Source: Octopus bimaculoides
Lineage: Eukaryota
Assembly: GCF_001194135.2 (NCBI RefSeq)
Contig: NC_068988.1
Location: 68,898,499 to 68,934,159 of the forward strand
DNA: 35,661 nt
Direction: 5' to 3'
Positions 34,176-35,661 of the stretch are shown one piece after another. Numbering within the stretch: the first letter of the stretch is position 1; each line of letters starts with the position of its first letter. The position numbers and the translations under genes were made by a program. The notes under the pieces are model-generated. The model saw only the letters and a program-made list of their open reading frames with translations, had not been told where the DNA came from and searched no databases.

Positions 34176-34380
34176 TTACGAAACGCCTAGTTTAGAATAG
34201 AGGCAACTGATGAAGGAAAAGTTCCATAAGTGGCTCGTCTGTTTTCCTATGTGTTCATTCTGTTGTCTGTAAAAAAAGTTCGTTTTATTGTGCTTTGTTT
34301 ATGTTCCCGTTCCTTTTTTGACGTCCTGTACCAGGATATGCATCTATATATACATGTATATATATATATATATATACATG
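34176..34380. repeat. Interspersed repeat copy 2 (paralogous to 33470-33760)
   Basis: Same blocks as copy 1; ends in (TA)n. Confidence 0.75.
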
Positions 34381-34389
34381 CCTATTAAT

Positions 34390-34597
34390 CCTTTTTACTA
34401 TAGGCATAAGGCCTGAAATTTGTGATGAGGGGCTAGTTGATTACATCAGCCCCAGTATGCAACTGGTTTTTATTTCAATAATCACCCCCTACAGAAATAA
34501 AATGAAAGACAAAGTCGGCCTCGGTGGATTTTTGACAGACAAAATACTGTTAAGCATCTTGTACTGCAGATGAACGATTCTGCTAGCTCACTGCCTT
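34390..34597 (-). mobile_element. Second SINE family (tRNA-like head), reverse orientation, degenerate
   Basis: The minus strand reads AAGGCAGTGAGCTAGCAGAATCGTT...CCGAGGCCGACTTTG.CTTTCAT...CCAGTTGCATACTGGGG...TTTCAGGCCTTATGCCTATAGTAAAAAG; recognised from memory as an octopus SINE layout. Confidence 0.7.
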
Positions 34598-34618
34598 ATA
34601 TATCTATCTTTATATGTG

Positions 34619-35536
34619 TGAGGTGGTATCAAATTGTTCCTGGACTAGTTCTGTAGTGTGCCAACTGATGGTAGCTCATGCTTGCATGCACATTGAGAGC
34701 TAGCAGTGACATTCATGAAGTAGTGTGCCAAATGATATCACTGTGTTTACTTTGCAAGTTGTGAAATTTGTGTTTTTGTGATTACCTGTATGTTGTCTGT
34801 GATTTTGTCAAGGACAGGAAGAAAGAGCCAACATGAAATTTTGTGTTAAACTTGCGAAGTCTGCGACAAAGACATTGAACATGTTTCAGCTAGCTTACAG
34901 AGATAAAGGAATGGGTTGTACGCAATGTTTTGAGTGGTAAGGGCAATTCAAACATAGAAGAACATCCCTGGAAGGTGATGAGCAATCTGAAAGACCTGCC
35001 ATGAGCATCACCCCCAGAAATGTGATATTGCATATTGAGAATTAATCCCCCAGTGTCAGACCATCAATCAAGAGTTCTGCGGCAGTGTTTTGAAGCATTT
35101 GAGGGAGGACGTTTGGTGAAAGTGATTGGATCTTAGGAGCACGAAGAATTAGATTCTTCATGACGACAATGCACCCTGTTACCAATCTCTCCTCATTCAT
35201 AAGTTTCTTGGCAAAAATAACATGGTATCACTTCTGTATCTACCCTATTCACCAGATTTAACACCTGCAGACTTCCATCTCTACCCCAAGAAGAAAATAC
35301 AACTCAAAGGTCACTGTTTTAACACTGCTGTCGAGATTGAGAGTGAATTGCAGAAGGTCCTCAACTACCTTATGAAAAAAATTCCAGGCCGGATTCCAAA
35401 AGTGGCAGTAATACTCAGACCAGTGGATTGCTGCACAAGGTGACTATTTCAAAGGAGATGATATTAAAACTTAGGTAAATAGGTTATTTTTTTATATTAA
35501 ATGTAACAATTCTGGGAACTTTTTGATGCTACCTCA
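34619..35536 (+). mobile_element. mariner (D34D) element with both TIRs, internally deleted and mutated (918 bp)
   Basis: N-terminus EERANMKFCVKLAKSATKT..CFEW..FK..RTSLEGDEQSERP; C-terminus HDDNAPC-34aa-D (YSPDLTPADF). TIRs TGAGGTGGTATCAAATTGTTCCTGGA and reverse-complemented TGAGGTAGCATCAAAAAGTTCCCAGA; flanks TG (34617-18) and TA (35537-38). Confidence 0.93.
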
Positions 35537-35622
35537 TAGGCAATAAAATAAAATGAAATAGAATACATGAGGTGATAATGAGGTGATAGCATGGATTATA
35601 ATTATCCCCTCAAATTTTATAC

Positions 35623-35624
<2 letters not shown>

Positions 35625-35661
<37 letters not shown>
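35625..35661. repeat. (TA)n microsatellite at window end
   Basis: Seen directly. Confidence 0.95.

Overview
AT-rich, repeat-dense eukaryotic genomic DNA with nine N-gaps totalling about 2.0 kb. The SINE and RTE-tail families look like Octopus; this is recognition from memory, not a search result. I can support no intact host protein-coding gene, rRNA, tRNA gene or CRISPR array; the long ORFs in the track are N-gap or microsatellite artefacts or transposon remnants. The window is a graveyard of decayed mobile elements: three RTE-clade LINE bodies (two with a readable PHD-like finger), many RTE-type (GAT)n-tailed 3' ends, a BovB-like endonuclease 5' fragment, two Penelope-like (GIY-YIG) elements, two mariner (D34D) remnants, a Tc1 (DD34E) remnant, a Helitron helicase 3' end with CTAG terminus, MITEs, about ten tRNA-derived SINEs, a 26-bp minisatellite and many microsatellites. 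Structures the standard annotation does not explain: a duplicated GAAAC...CTGATGA (hammerhead-like, permuted order) motif at 33.5/34.2 kb, an 86-bp near-perfect foldback beside a 17-bp-TIR element at 13.1-13.4 kb, a 238-bp-period direct repeat at 14.1-14.4 kb, and a hidden ~160-bp degenerate tandem repeat at 10-11 kb. I found no convincing new multi-gene system. All translations and alignments were done by eye, and boundaries of degenerate elements are approximate.
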